Source of the DNA: an uncultured Acidobacteriota bacterium
Lineage (GTDB): Bacteria > Acidobacteriota > Thermoanaerobaculia > Thermoanaerobaculales > Sulfomarinibacteraceae
Reading direction: 5' to 3'
NCBI GenBank assembly: GCA_963712805.1
Contig: CAVQJV010000003.1
Coordinates: 64,979 to 128,978 of the forward strand
Length of the DNA stretch: 64,000 nucleotides
The position numbers and the translations under genes are program-made. The notes beneath the pieces are model-generated. The model worked only from the letters and a program-made list of their open reading frames with translations. It was not told the DNA's origin and ran no database searches. The stretch's first letter is position 1. Every line of letters starts with the position of its first letter. This document shows, piece after piece, positions 29,681-41,588 of this stretch.

Positions 29681-31066
29681 GCCGGCGGCGGCCGGCTCCG
29701 GCGCCGGCCCGGCGAGAACCCACCCGATGGTGCGCTGGTGGGGCCGGAGATACTCGCCGGCCACCCGCGAAATCTCGGCCGGCGTGACCGCCGCCAGGCG
29801 ATCCGGCAGCTCGAGCAGGACATCGAGGGCGTCGAGCCCGGCGAAGTACGCGAGCTGGTGCGCCGCATCCTCGGTGGTCTCGAGATCGAAGACGAGCTCG
29901 TCGAGGAGCCGGCGGCGGGCCGTCGCCAGCTCCTCGATCGCCGGCGGCTCCTCGATGAGCGCATCGATCGCCTCCTGCAGGCGCTCCTCGAGCTCGGCCG
30001 TCGAGGCCTCCGGATCAATGCTCCCTGCGATGGTGAAGACATAGGGCGCGGCCTGCGGCGGGTACCAGGTCGCCAGGTCGTCGGTGATCCCGGCGAGTCG
30101 GGTTCCGGGCGCAACCGCATCGCCGAACTCGTTCTGACCGAAGTTGATCCCGCGGCCGCCCGCCAGCACCTGCTGGACAAGCAGGAAGGCGGGGTAGTCG
30201 GGATCGCCGACCGCCGGCGCCCGATAGGCCACCTCGAAGAGGTTCCGGCCGGATGCTCCCCGGAGTTCGATCCGCCGGACCCCGGTCTGCGGCGGCTCGA
30301 CGGTCGGCGGCGGCGCGGTTCTCTCGCCGCCCGGCAGGGCGCCGAAGAGCTCGCGCACGCGCTCGACGACGGCATCGGCGGCCACCCGCCCGACGACCGC
30401 GAGCACCGCGTTGGCCGGGCTGAAGCAGCGCCGGTAGAACTCGACCAGATCGTCGTGGCTGATGGCCTCGACATCGCTCTCCCAGCCGATGGTGTTGTTG
30501 CGATACGGGTGCTGGAGAAACGACACCATCAGAACCTCGTCGTTGAGCACGATCGCCGGGTCGTTCTCGTAGCCGTGCAACTCGGTCAGCACCGCGCCGC
30601 GCTCGGCCTCGACCTCCGCCGCCGGGATGAGCAACCGCGCCATGCGATCGGCCTCGATTCGCAGGGCCAGATCGAGGTGCTCGGCCGGCAGGGTCTCGAA
30701 GAAGGTGATCTGATCGAGCCAGGTGTAGCCGTGCCATTCGCCGCCCACGGCATAGATCGAGCTCACGAGCTCGGTGTCCGGGAAGTTCTCGCTCGCCCGA
30801 AATGCCATGTGCTCGAGAAAGTGCGTCAGACCGGTGCGGCCGACGTCTTCGTTTCGGGCCCCGACTCGGTAGAGCGCCTGGACGCTGACCACCGGCAGCC
30901 CCGGCGCCTCGAGGACGATCAAGGTGAGGCCGTTGTCGAGGCGGAACCGCTGCGCCTCGGCCAAATCGAACGCCGTGACGGGGCAGGTGAGGAGAATGAG
31001 CAGCGCCACCAGCCCGAGCTTGCTCCGGCTCCGCAGCAGTCTCTCATCGATCCTGTTGGTCGGCAT
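29657..31066 (-). CDS. M16 family zinc peptidase (pitrilysin-like), secreted
   Basis: 469 aa: ...RVGARNEDVGRTGLTHFLEHMAFRAS (HxxEH) ...LTELHGYENDP.... Confidence 0.85.
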   Translation of the reverse strand: MPTNRIDERLLRSRSKLGLVALLILLTCPVTAFDLAEAQRFRLDNGLTLIVLEAPGLPVVSVQALYRVGARNEDVGRTGLTHFLEHMAFRASENFPDTELVSSIYAVGGEWHGYTWLDQITFFETLPAEHLDLALRIEADRMARLLIPAAEVEAERGAVLTELHGYENDPAIVLNDEVLMVSFLQHPYRNNTIGWESDVEAISHDDLVEFYRRCFSPANAVLAVVGRVAADAVVERVRELFGALPGGERTAPPPTVEPPQTGVRRIELRGASGRNLFEVAYRAPAVGDPDYPAFLLVQQVLAGGRGINFGQNEFGDAVAPGTRLAGITDDLATWYPPQAAPYVFTIAGSIDPEASTAELEERLQEAIDALIEEPPAIEELATARRRLLDELVFDLETTEDAAHQLAYFAGLDALDVLLELPDRLAAVTPAEISRVAGEYLRPHQRTIGWVLAGPAPEPAAAGGADPGGR

Positions 31067-31170
31067 CGGGCGCCTCCGTGAGCGGGTTTTCTCAGGTTAG
31101 CACGCGGCTCCAGCTCTGCTACCCTCGGGCATCAACGGGCCGGACACGCGCCCAGCGCAGGAGGTTCCCC

Positions 31171-33739
31171 ATGCGGCGTCGAGAAAAGTGGAGCATCGGC
31201 CTCGTCTTCGCAGCTATCGCCTGTCTCACTCTGAACGGCTGCGGGGGCGACACCGGCGCGAATCGGCGCCCGGATCTCGGGGCCGGAATCGATGCGCTCT
31301 TCGCGCCCGCGACGGCGGGCGACTCCCCCGGCGCCGCGGTGATGGTGATCCGGGACGGGGAGATTCTCCACGCCGCCGGCTACGGCTACGCCGATCTCGA
31401 GCACCGCGTCCCGATCACGCCGCAGACCGCGTTCCGTCTGGCCTCGGTGTCGAAGCAGTTCACCGCCATGGCGGTCATGATCCTCGCCGAGCGCGGCCAG
31501 CTCGCCTACGACGACCCGGTGGTGAAGTACCTTCCGGAGCTTGCCCGATTCGGCGATCAGATAACGCTGCGCCACCTCCTCACCCACACCGGCGGCCTGC
31601 CCGACTACTACGACGCCCTCGAGGCGGCATCGACCGACAGCATGCCCGACACCGAGGATGCGATGGAGTTCCTGGCCGACTGGGGCGAGGCGGGGTTCCC
31701 CGCCGGCGAGCGCTACGAGTATTCGAACCCCGGCTACGAGATGCTGGCGCTGGTGGTCGAGCGGGTGTCGGGGCAGCGCTTCGGGCAATTCGTCGAAGAG
31801 AACATCTTCGCGCCGCTTCGATATGAACGACACCGTGATCCGCGACAGCTCCGAGCCCGAGATCCCCAATCGCGCCCTCGGCTACGCCCGCGCCGACGAC
31901 TGCTTCACGCTCGACGATGACCACAACCTGAACCACATCATCGGTTCCGGCGGGATGTACTCGACGGCCGAGGATCTCGCCCGCTGGGACGAGGCCCTGT
32001 ACACCGACACGCTCGTGCGGCGCGAGACCCTCGAGGAGGCGTGGTCGCCGGTGCGGCTGGCGGGGGGCGACGAGTTCCCCTATGGGTTCGGGTGGCGGCT
32101 CGGCCGCTACGGCGGTCTCGGCGAGCGGGTCTGCCACAGCGGCCACTGGCTGGGTTTTTCGAACTTCATCGCCCGTTACCCGGAACGCCGGTTGACCGTC
32201 ATCGTCCTTTCCAACATCGAGAACTTCGAGAGTGAAGAATTCGCCGGCCGGATCGTCGACCTCATTTACCCGTCGACGCTCATCGCCGGCGCCACCGTGG
32301 TCGACGGGACCGGGAAGCCTGGTTTCACCGCCGACGTCCGCGTCGAAGACGACCGGATCGCCGCCATCGGCGAGCTCGAGCCGGGGCCCGACGAGCCGGT
32401 CGTCGACGGCCGCGGTCTGGTCCTGGCGCCCGGCTTCATCGACACCCACAGCCACGCCGACACCGGCACGTTTGCTCATCGCGATGCCGTCGCCGCCGTC
32501 AGCCAGGGCATCACGACAACTGTGGTCGGCCAGGACGGCGAATCGCAGATGCCGCTCGGCGACTTCTTCGCGCGACTCGAGACCGAGCCGACCGCGATCA
32601 ACATGGCCTCGTACACCGGTCATGGGTCAATTCGGATGCAGGTGATGGGCGACGATTTCGCCCGCCCCGCCACCCCCGCCGAGATCGCGGCCATGGCGGC
32701 GCTGCTCGCCGAGGAGATGGCAACCGGATCGCTCGGTCTGAGCACCGGGCTCGAATACGACCCCGGGATCTACTCGACCACCGAGGAGGTGGTGGCGCTG
32801 GCTCGGGTGGCGGCATCAGACGGCGGCCGCTATATCAGCCACATCCGCAGCGAAGACCGGCACTTCTGGGAGGCGATCGATGAGATCCTCACGATCGGCC
32901 GCGAGGCCGCTCTGCCGGTGCAGATTTCACACGTCAAGCTCGCGCTCCGAAGCCTGCACGGTCAGACGGACAAGCTGCTCGCGACGCTCGACGAGGCGCG
33001 GGCCGCCGGGATCGATGTCACCGCTGACATCTACCCCTACACGTACTGGCAATCGACCCTGACCGTGATGTTCCCCGACCGCGACTTCGAGGACCGGCAG
33101 GCGGCGCTCTTCGCCGTTGAAGAGCTCGCCGCGCCCGAGGACATGCTGATTCCGGTCTTCGCACCCGACCCCGCGTTGGCCGGCAAGACCCTCGCCGAGA
33201 TTGCAGCGCTGCGCGGCACCGATCCGGCGACGACCTTGATGGATCTGATCCGGGAAGCGGAGGCGCTTCGGAAATCACGGGGGCCCGATGACGGGGAGGA
33301 TGATATCGAAAGCGTCATCGCGGTGAGTATGAAGGAGGCCGACATCGAACGCCTGATCGCCTGGCCGTACATCAACTTCTGCACCGACGGCGAGCTCGAT
33401 GGGACGCACCCGCGTGGTTTCGGTTCGTTTCCGCGCGTTCTCGGCCGCGATGTCCGCGAGGCTCACATCCTGACCCTGGAGGACGCCATCCGCAAGATGA
33501 CCACCCAGGCCGCGGCCAACGTCGGGGTCGCGGAGCGCGGTCGGATCGAGTCGGGCGCCTTCGCCGATCTCGTGCTCTTCGATCCCGCCACCGTCCTCGA
33601 CCGAGCCACGGCCCAGGAGCCGCAGGCCACATCAACGGGAATCGAGATGGTGTGGGTCAACGGTCGACCGGTGTTTGCGGACGGTCACCCAAGCGGGCGC
33701 ACCCCCGGCCGCGTCCTGCGGCGACCGCCGACCCCGTGA
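31171..33739 (+). pseudogene. Fusion protein: beta-lactamase-fold serine hydrolase (N-terminal) and D-aminoacylase-type amidohydrolase (C-terminal); one frame change near 31830
   Basis: Lipoprotein-like signal ...ACLTLNGCGG. SxxK = SVSK, YxN = YSNPGY, HSG = HSGHWLGF. Then, in the same ORF with no linker, ...IVDLIYPSTLIAGATVVDGTGKPGF...LAPGFIDTHSHAD...RYISHIRSE...ISHVKLA.... RBS GCAGGAGG at 31157-31164. Confidence 0.8.
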
Positions 33740-33752
33740 GGTTCCCCGACTC

Positions 33753-35737
33753 CTATGGGGCGCAGCAGCTCAGCCCGGCGCGGTAGCGGGCGAGGTTGGC
33801 CTCGAGCCGGGGAAGCTCGTCCAATCGGCCCTCCCAACTCAGGTCCCGGATGAGATCCTGCTGCAACCGGACGGCCTCTTCGAACACGCCCGCCTCTGCA
33901 AGAGCCATGGCCAGCGTCTCGAGACGATCCGGGCTCGGCCCGGCGCGCAGAGTGAGCCGGGCGAGCTCCAGCGCACGTTCCCCGTCCCGCGTGTCCGGGT
34001 CGTCGGCCGACGCGAGCATTCGGGCCAGGGCGTGCAGCAGCTCGACGCTCTCGGGAATCGCCTGCCAGCCTTCTTCGAGCCGCCGACGCGCCTCCAGCGA
34101 TCGACCCGAAGCGGCGAGGGCCTCGGCCTCGCCCAGCCGCGCCCGGATGTTTCCCGGATCGGCCTCGACGACCTGACGCAGGGTTTCGGCGGACTCCAGG
34201 TTCCGACCGAGCCGGCCCAACGCCGCACCGAGGTCGAGGCGGGCCGTAACCAGATCGGGGTCGAGGGCGAGCGCGGTGCGGTACTCCTCGACCGCGCCAT
34301 CGACCGACCCGTTTTGAAGCTCGATGACGCCCAGGTGGTGGTGGACCTGGGCCGCATCCGAGGGATCGAGGCTCAGCTCGAGGGCGGCCCGTAGCTTTCG
34401 CGGGCGGCCTCGAGCTCGCCGAGACGGAGGTGGGCGACGGCGAGTCGGATCCGCGCCCCGTCCCCTTCGAGCCCGAGCTCGCACAACCGCTCGAGATCGG
34501 CGATCGCTTCCCGGTCGCGGCGCAGCTCGAACCTCGCATTCGCCCTCGACCGGAGGGCATCGGTGTTGCCGGGTTCGAGCTCGAGCACGGCCGAGTAGCG
34601 CTCGACCGCCGCCGCGAGGTCGCCCGTCTTCTCGAGCACGTACCCGAGCATCAGCATCGCCTCGGTCATCCCGTGAGCGAAAGCGCGAGCGCCACCTCGA
34701 CCTGGTTTCGCGCGCCGGCGAAATCGCTCCGTTCGAGGCGGAGGCGGCGAGGGCAAGGTGGAGGCGGGCGCGGATCAGCCGATTGCGGGCCGGTTGCTTC
34801 CGGTGACGGATCCGGGGCGCCCGCCGACGGCGTCAGGTCCACGATCGCCTGGTGGATCCGGTCGACCGCCTGCGGCAGCTCCTTGAGGTGGGTCGCCGCG
34901 AACAGCACGACGCTGCGGTCGTCGTGGTCCTCCGGCTCGGCCGCCATCTCCAGCACCACCTCGACCACGTCTTCGTTCTTGAGCGGTTCGATCGCGGCGA
35001 GCAGCGGATCGGCGAATCCCGGGTCTCTGGTCGCCGCGCTGCTCCACGTGGGCCCGCGCCGCCTCGGTGTCGCCGAGCGTGCGATAGGCGAGCGCCAGCT
35101 GGTAGTGGATGATGGTGGCCTGCGGCTGCAGCTCGAGGGCCCTCGTGAAGTGCTCGACCGCCTCGTCGGGTCGGCCGAGGGCGCCGGCCGCTCGTCCGAG
35201 GCCGCCGTACGCGGCGGCCTCCGCCGCGCTGAGCCCGAGGACGCGTTGGAACTCCCGGTAGGCCTTCTCGTTGTCGCCGAGGGTGAGATGGAGCTCGGCC
35301 AGATGGAGGAGGGTCGGGAGGTCGCCGGGCCGAAGCTCGAGGGCGCGCTCGTACGCCGCCCGCTCGGAATCGAGGTCCCCGACCATCTGACAGACGAATC
35401 CGAGGTAGTACGGCCACCGGAAGTCGCTCGGGGACAGCCGGGCGGCGTTGCCGAAGCGCGACCTCGGCCGCGTCGTTGAGGTGATGGGCGATGTAGTACA
35501 TGCCGAGGGTTCCATAGGCCTCGGCGAGCTCGCCGTCGGACCCCGAGAGGCTGAGCTCGGACGACCCGGTCCTGGAGCAGCTCGAGGCGCTGCCGCGTCG
35601 CGTCCTCCATGGTCGAGAGGTTGGGCAGGGGCAGCGGGACGAGCTCCGCGCGATCGAAGTCGCCGTCGCGCCGACGCCAGCAGGACCGCCAACGAAACGA
35701 CCAGGTCGCCCACCGCACCAGCGCTCGCGGTCGTCAC
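33753..35737 (-). pseudogene. TPR-repeat protein, several frame changes; GTGA-coupled to the upstream CRTAC1 gene
   Basis: TPR-like segments in three frames: ...AAYERALELRPGDLPTLLHLAELHLTLGDNEKAYREFQRVLGL..., ...AVERYSAVLELEPGNTDALRSRA..., ...AVEEYRTALALDPDLVTARLDLGAALGRLG.... Confidence 0.7.
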
Positions 35738-37493
35738 TCGCCGCGGTTCACTCGTGAACCGCTGCCCCGGGTCAGGGTGGTGTAGCGATCGACGGCGAAC
35801 GCCGGTCCACTCCTCCACCGATCCCGTCGGGCCAGTGCACCTCGACCCGATCGACGGCCGTGCCGTCCGCCAGACCGACGAGCAGCCGAGGATCGTTGGC
35901 CGAGGCGTACCCGCCGTCGGTGCGGACCCGTCGCCAGAGGACGGGGCTGCCCTTGCGGTGGACGCCGACCCAGGCGCCGATCTGGTCCCTCGGGGGATCG
36001 CCGGCGACCAGCCGGAGACCGATCCAGTGGTTGGCGTTGCCGACGTTGTTGATGAGCAGCCGCGCCCGTCCGTTGCAGTTCTCCAGCAGCACATCGGTGT
36101 CGCCGTCGTTGTCGACGTCGCCGAAGGCGAGGCCGCGGCTGACCTCGGACAGCTCGAAGACCGAGCCCGCGGTGTCGCTCACGTCCCGGAAGCGGTTGGA
36201 CCCGAGGTTGCGGAACAGCTGGTTGGGCTGGCGCATCGGGAACGGGTCGTCCTGCCGCGCCAGGGCTTCGATGACGAAGACGTCGCCGCTCGCCGTCATG
36301 AGGTCGAGCAGACCGTCGTTGTCGTAGTCGAAGAAACGCACTCCCCAGCTCGTCCGGCCGACGCTCGGGGGCCCGAGCCCGCTGGCGGTGGTCCGGTCGT
36401 CGAAGACGCCGGTTCCGTCGTTGATGTAGAGGGTGTTGGTCTGGTAGCCGAGGTGGGTCATGAAGAGGTCTTCGTCGCCGTCGCGGTCGAAGTCGGCGGC
36501 GTCCACCCCCATGCTCGACTCGGAACGCCCGTCCGCGTTCACCGCCGTGCCTCCGAGCAGGGCGTCGTTGACGAAGGTGCCGTCGCCCTGGTTGATCCAC
36601 ATGTGGTTCGGCAGCATGTCGTTCGCGACGTACACGTCCATCCAGCCGTCGAGGTTGAAATCGGCGGCCATGACACCGAGGGCCTTGCCGGCCTCGTGCC
36701 GGACCCCGGCCTTGAGCGACCGGTCCTCGAAGGTCCCGTCGCCCCGGTTGCGGTAGAGCCGGTTGGTGACGGCGCCGTAGGCCTCGGGGGCGCAGTAGCC
36801 GGGGATTCCGGAGGGCAGCCGGCAGATCCCGTGCTTCTCGAAGCTGAAGTCGAGGTAGCAGCCGACAAAGAGGTCGAGAAGACCGTCGCGGTCGAAGTCG
36901 AGGAACGTGGCGCCCGAGTTCCAACGGGGATCGTCGATGCCGGCGGCCGCGATCACCTCCTCGAAGGTGCCGTCGCCCCGGTTCCGCCACAGCTGGTTGG
37001 GGCCGAAGTTGGTGAGGAAGATGTCGACCCAACCGTCGTTGTCGTAGTCCGCGACCGCGACGCCGACGCCGTAGCCGTCGGCCCGGATCCCGGAGGCTTC
37101 GGTGACATCGGTGAAGGTGAGAGCCCGGGTGCCGTCCGGCGCGATTTTCAGATCGTTGCGGTAGAGACGATCGCGCAGCGGATGGCCCGCCTGCGGCGGG
37201 GAGATCGCGTCGCCGACGCTCTTTCCGGGGCCGAGCATCGTGCCCTGGATCAGGTAGAGATCGAGATCGCCGTCGTTGTCGTAGTCCAGCATGCCGCAGC
37301 CGGGTCCGCTGATCTCGACGATGTAGAACTCGCCGGAAACACCGGCGAAATGCACGAAGTCGACCCCGAGCTCCTCGGCGCGATCCTCGAAGATGTCGCG
37401 GTGCAGCGGCCGGTGTTTCTGCGCCGCGCGGCCCAGGGTGAGACCGCCAGGATCAGCGACCAGCAACCAGACCGACTCACAACGGCGCACCAT
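35734..37493 (-). pseudogene. CRTAC1-family protein (FG-GAP/VCBS repeats + ASPIC/UnbV domain); frame changes in the last ~40 codons
   Basis: Repeated ...DYDNDGDLDLY..., ...DYDNDGWVDIF..., ...DFDRDGLLDLF..., ...DFNLDGWMDVY..., ...DFDRDGDEDLF..., ...DYDNDGLLDLM..., ...DVDNDGDTDVL...; then NHWIGLRLVAG...RTDGGYASANDPRLLVGL...VEVHWPDG. Confidence 0.85.
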
Positions 37494-37810
37494 GCCGGGC
37501 CTCCCGTCCCGCCGTCTTGTCGCTGTTCGCGAGATAGATCCTCACATTCATACGCGGACGTCGAGTTTCCCGTCGATGCTAGCACACGGCGCGATCGCGA
37601 CGCCGCAGCGAAGCGGGTGGGAACTGGGATCGGCTTTTCGGAGTCCGGGAGAAGCGGACGGGCGATCTCTGGCAGGCTTGAATCGAATCGCCCGCCGGCA
37701 GCGATGAGCGAAAGAGTCTATCGGCCCACCAGCGGTAACCTGGGAATGCCGGGTACACTGGACCTCGTCATGAGTCCTCGCTCAGCGACCGACCGTGAAA
37801 GGGAACCGGC

Positions 37811-38128
37811 ATGAACACGACAAACGCCTCATGGATCGTGGTCCTGATCGCGAGCGTGGTCGCCGCTTCCGCGGCCACCGGGACCGCCGCCAAGAGACCA
37901 CTGAATCTCGAGAACGTGCTCGCCCTCCGGCAGGTCGCCGACCCGCGGATTTCGCCCGACGGCGAGTGGGTGGCTTACGCGGTGACCGCAGTCGACCCCC
38001 CCGTGCTCGACCGCGACGACACTGACCTCTGGATGACCAGCTGGGACGGTGACCACACCGTACAGCTGGTCCACTCGCCGGAGCTCGAGCCACCCGAGGC
38101 TGAACTCGATCGAGAGGAGACGCCATGA
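37811..38128 (+). pseudogene. N-terminal ~105-codon fragment of an S9 peptidase paralog (signal peptide plus first propeller strands)
   Basis: MNTTNASWIVVLIASVVAASA...RPLNLENVLALRQVADPRISPDGEWVAYAV parallels the start of the S9 gene at 61983 (RPLTVDDYFRIRGVDDPQISPDGRWVAYTV). It stops after 105 codons, and the stop overlaps the next ATG (ATGA at 38125-38128). Confidence 0.55.
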
Positions 38129-40090
38129 CCCGAGTCGACTCCGTCCGCCTGTCCGTCGTCATCACCTCGTGGCTCGCCGCACTCTGCTTCGTCGCACCGT
38201 CGGCGGCGCAACACGAGGCCGCCTATGAGGATCTGCCGAGCGAGACGCCGGCCGTGTTCGAGCCCGTGACCGAGGACATTCGACTACATCCGGCGCGAGG
38301 TGATGATCCCGATGCGCGACGGGGTCAGGCTGCACACGGTCATCCTGGTGCCGAAGGGCGCCGAGGGCGCGCCGATCCTGCTGACGCGCACGCCCTACGA
38401 CGCCGACGAGCTCACGCGCCGCGCCGCCGAGCGCCCACCTCGGCCCGATCCTCTACGGCTACGACAACGCCACCGACGTGATCGTCGAGGGCGGCTACAT
38501 CCGCGTCGTCCAGGACGTGCGCGGCAAGTACGGCTCCGAGGGCGACTACGTGATGAACCGCCCGCTGCGCGGGCCGCAGAACCCGACGCCGGTCGATCAC
38601 GCCACCGACACCTGCGACACCATCGACTGGCTGGTGAAGAACGTCCCGGAGACGCAACGGCAGGGTCGGCATCCTCGGCATCTCCTACGACGGCTTCCTG
38701 CCCCTGATGGCGCTCGTCGATCCGCACCCGGCGCTCAAGGTCGCGGTGCCGATGAACCCGATGGTCGACGGCTGGATCGGCGACGACTGGTTCCACAACG
38801 GCGCCTTCCGGCAGCAGGGGATGCCCTACATCTACGAGCAGGAGGCGACCCGGAAGAACGAGGTCAAGTGGTGGACGAGCCACTTCGACGACTACGACAT
38901 GTTCATGGAGGCGGGCTCGGCCGGCGAGCTCGGGCGGCGGCGCGGGCTCGAGCAGGTCGGCTTCTGGCGCAAGATCCTCGAGCACCCGAGCTACGACGCC
39001 TTCTGGCGCGACCAGGCGGTGGACAAGGTGCTGGCGGCGCAGCCGCTGACGGTGCCGGTGATGCTGGTGCACAGCCTGTGGGACCAGGAGGACATCTACG
39101 GCGCGATCGCGGTCTACGAGGCGATCGAGCCCAAGGACACGGACAACGACATGGTGTTCCTGGTCATGGGCCCCTGGAACCACGGCCAGCAGATCGAGGA
39201 CGGCAGCTCGCTCGGCGCTCTGAGGTTCGGCAGCGACACGCGCTCTACTTCCGGCGCGAGATCCTCGGCCCGTTCCTCGCCCGCTACCTGAAGGACGACG
39301 CGCCGGCGGCCGACGTGCCGCCGGTGATGGCCTTCGAGACCGGGACCAACACCTGGCGGCGGCTGGCCGCGTGGCCGGCCGGCTGCGCGAGCGGCTGCAC
39401 GATCGAGGCCGACGCCGCTCTACCTCGGCGCCGGTCTCGGGCTCGGCTTCGCGGCGCCGCGGGCGGGCGACGAGAGCTTCGAGGAGTACGTCTCCGATCC
39501 CGCCAAGCCGGTGCCGTTCCTCCCCCGTCCGGTCCGCGCATCCGGAGGAGACCTGGCCCCAGTGGCTGGTCGACGACCAGCGCGAGGCCTCCGGCCGCAC
39601 GGACGTCGTGGCCTTCGTCTCCGACGTGCTGACCGCGCCGGTGAAGATCAGCGGCCAGCCGATGGCCAACCTGGTCGCCTCGACCAGCGGCACCGACTCC
39701 GACTGGGTGGTCAAGCTGATCGACGTCTACCCCGACGAGGTCGCCGGCCAGCCGGCGATGGGCGGCTACCAGCTGATGGTCTCGGCCGACATCTTCCGCG
39801 GCCGCTACCGCGAGAGCCTCGAGCACGCGGCGCCGATCGCGGCCGACGAGCCGCTGCTCTACCGCTTCGCGCTGCCCACGGCGAACCACGTCTTCCTGCC
39901 CGGCCACCGGATCATGGTGCAGGTCCAGTCGAGCTGGTTCCCGCTCTACGACCGCAACCCGCAGACCTTCGTGCCGAGCATCTTCTGGGCCGAGCCGGAG
40001 GACTACCGAAAGGCCGTGCAGCGCATCTACCACGCGCCCGGCCGGGCGAGCTTCATCGAGCTGCCGCTGGTCGTGTCGCGGGACAATTAA
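38125..40090 (+). pseudogene. CocE/NonD family hydrolase (peptidase S15), second copy; at least 6 frame changes
   Basis: Signal peptide MTRVDSVRLSVVITSWLAALCFVAPSAAQ. Pieces: ...VMIPMRDGVRLHTVILVPKGAEGAPILLTRTPYD; ...IRVVQDVRGKYGSEGDY; ...GILGISYDGF...; ...VMLVHSLWDQEDIYG...; ...GRYRESLEHAAPI...HRIMVQVQSSWFPLYDRNPQ.... Confidence 0.85.
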
Positions 40091-40202
40091 CGCAGAAGCG
40101 CAGAGGGTCACAGAGACAATGTAACGCCGCAAACGCGAAGGCATCGCGGTTGAACCGCGGAGGGCCCGGTCGACAGGTGTAAGGATGTTTACCTGAGAAC
40201 AA

Positions 40203-41588
40203 TCATGAGTTCGATGCTGCGGAACTCCGGACCCGGCACCGATCTTCGATCTCCTCGATACCTCGGATCAGTACTCGATCATAACCGTCGTAGAGATCCT
40301 GTTGCGTCGGATGGACCTCGATATCCGGCCGAATACCGATGCCGACGTACTCCCTCCCATCGGGGTAGACGCATTTCATAGTCACGACGCGGAAGTTGCC
40401 GCCGCCAGGAAGAGGCACTCGGAGAGGATTGCCGGTGCTGCCGGCGGTCATTTCGCCGACCAGGGTGACCCGCTTCGCACTGTGGAGGGGGACGATGAAG
40501 TCCTCCGCCGAGCTGTAGGTCGAGGGCCCGGTCAGGATGACGATCGGGCCGAGGTACCGCTTGCCCTCACGGGGTTGGATCTCGTGGGTGATCTCGGTCC
40601 ACACCGGCTCGTTGCCCCACGCGCGATCGGCGGCGACGTAGTGGGGGATTTTCGACACCCACGCCTGCACGGGACGATCGATCAAGAACCGGGTCACGTC
40701 GTCCGCATTGGTACTGTCTCCACCCGGGTTGAATCTCAGATCGATGATCATGCCCTTCGTGGCGGCCAGGTCGAGCTCGTTGATCAGCTTCTCGAATTCG
40801 CCCTTGAGTTCCTCGCTGTCGAAGTTGGCGATTTTGACGTAGACGATGCCATCCGGCAGCGTGCGGGATTCGAGGAGGGGCTCATCCATGTACCAGTGGA
40901 GCAGACGGCACAAGAACCGAGCGCCGCTTCGGTCCTGCGAGTTCCTTGTCACCTCCACGTTGCGCAGCGTACCGTCGATGTCCCGCACCTCGAGCGTGAC
41001 CTTGCTGCCCTTGGGGCCGGTCAGGAGGCCATACATGTTGATCGCCTCGTCGGCCTGCTTCGTGCCGCGGGAGTTGAAGCGGAGCACGTGATCCTGAAAA
41101 TAGGTTCTGACGGGAACCCCGTCCCCGACCTTCGTGATCTCGAGGCCGGGATAGATGCGTTGCTCCCGCAACTCGTCCGTATCTCCCGTGAGCGCCACGA
41201 CGAATTTGTCTTCGACCACTTGGATTTCGATCGGCGGCGAGTCGGTGCCGGGCTTGAAAGGGCCCCAAGGGGGGTTGACCGCGGTGTGTCCGTCGTGGAG
41301 CAGAGCGGCAAATTCCATCAATACCCGGTAATAGGACTCGAGATCGGGAGCCGCAATGACCTTGGGAATGTACTCCTGCACTTTCGCGTCCCAATCGAGA
41401 TCCGGGATCCGGTCGAAAAACGGGTATGCGTACTTCGCTTCCGCCCAAACCACCATCAAACCCCAGATCTTCTGCTCGACCGATCCGGTCCAATCCATCT
41501 CTCGAACCGCGGTGGCTCCTGGCTCTCGAGCCGAGACTGCACCGATGCTGAAGTAGAAAACCAGCACCAGAACGAGAGTCCTCTTCAT
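40203..41588 (-). CDS. S41 family peptidase (tail-specific protease-like), secreted, intact
   Basis: MKRTLVLVLVFYFSIGAVSA signal peptide; ...MIIDLRFNPGGD...ILTGPSTYSSAEDFIVPL.... Sampled GC about 55%. Confidence 0.85.
   Translation of the reverse strand: MKRTLVLVLVFYFSIGAVSAREPGATAVREMDWTGSVEQKIWGLMVVWAEAKYAYPFFDRIPDLDWDAKVQEYIPKVIAAPDLESYYRVLMEFAALLHDGHTAVNPPWGPFKPGTDSPPIEIQVVEDKFVVALTGDTDELREQRIYPGLEITKVGDGVPVRTYFQDHVLRFNSRGTKQADEAINMYGLLTGPKGSKVTLEVRDIDGTLRNVEVTRNSQDRSGARFLCRLLHWYMDEPLLESRTLPDGIVYVKIANFDSEELKGEFEKLINELDLAATKGMIIDLRFNPGGDSTNADDVTRFLIDRPVQAWVSKIPHYVAADRAWGNEPVWTEITHEIQPREGKRYLGPIVILTGPSTYSSAEDFIVPLHSAKRVTLVGEMTAGSTGNPLRVPLPGGGNFRVVTMKCVYPDGREYVGIGIRPDIEVHPTQQDLYDGYDRVLIRGIEEIEDRCRVRSSAASNS

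Noticed and set aside
40145-40159. 15-nt palindrome cgcggttgaaccgcg between the convergent S15 and S41 genes, considered as a terminator.
   Set aside because: The stem is short (6-7 bp), with a minimal loop and no U-tract. It is too weak to call.
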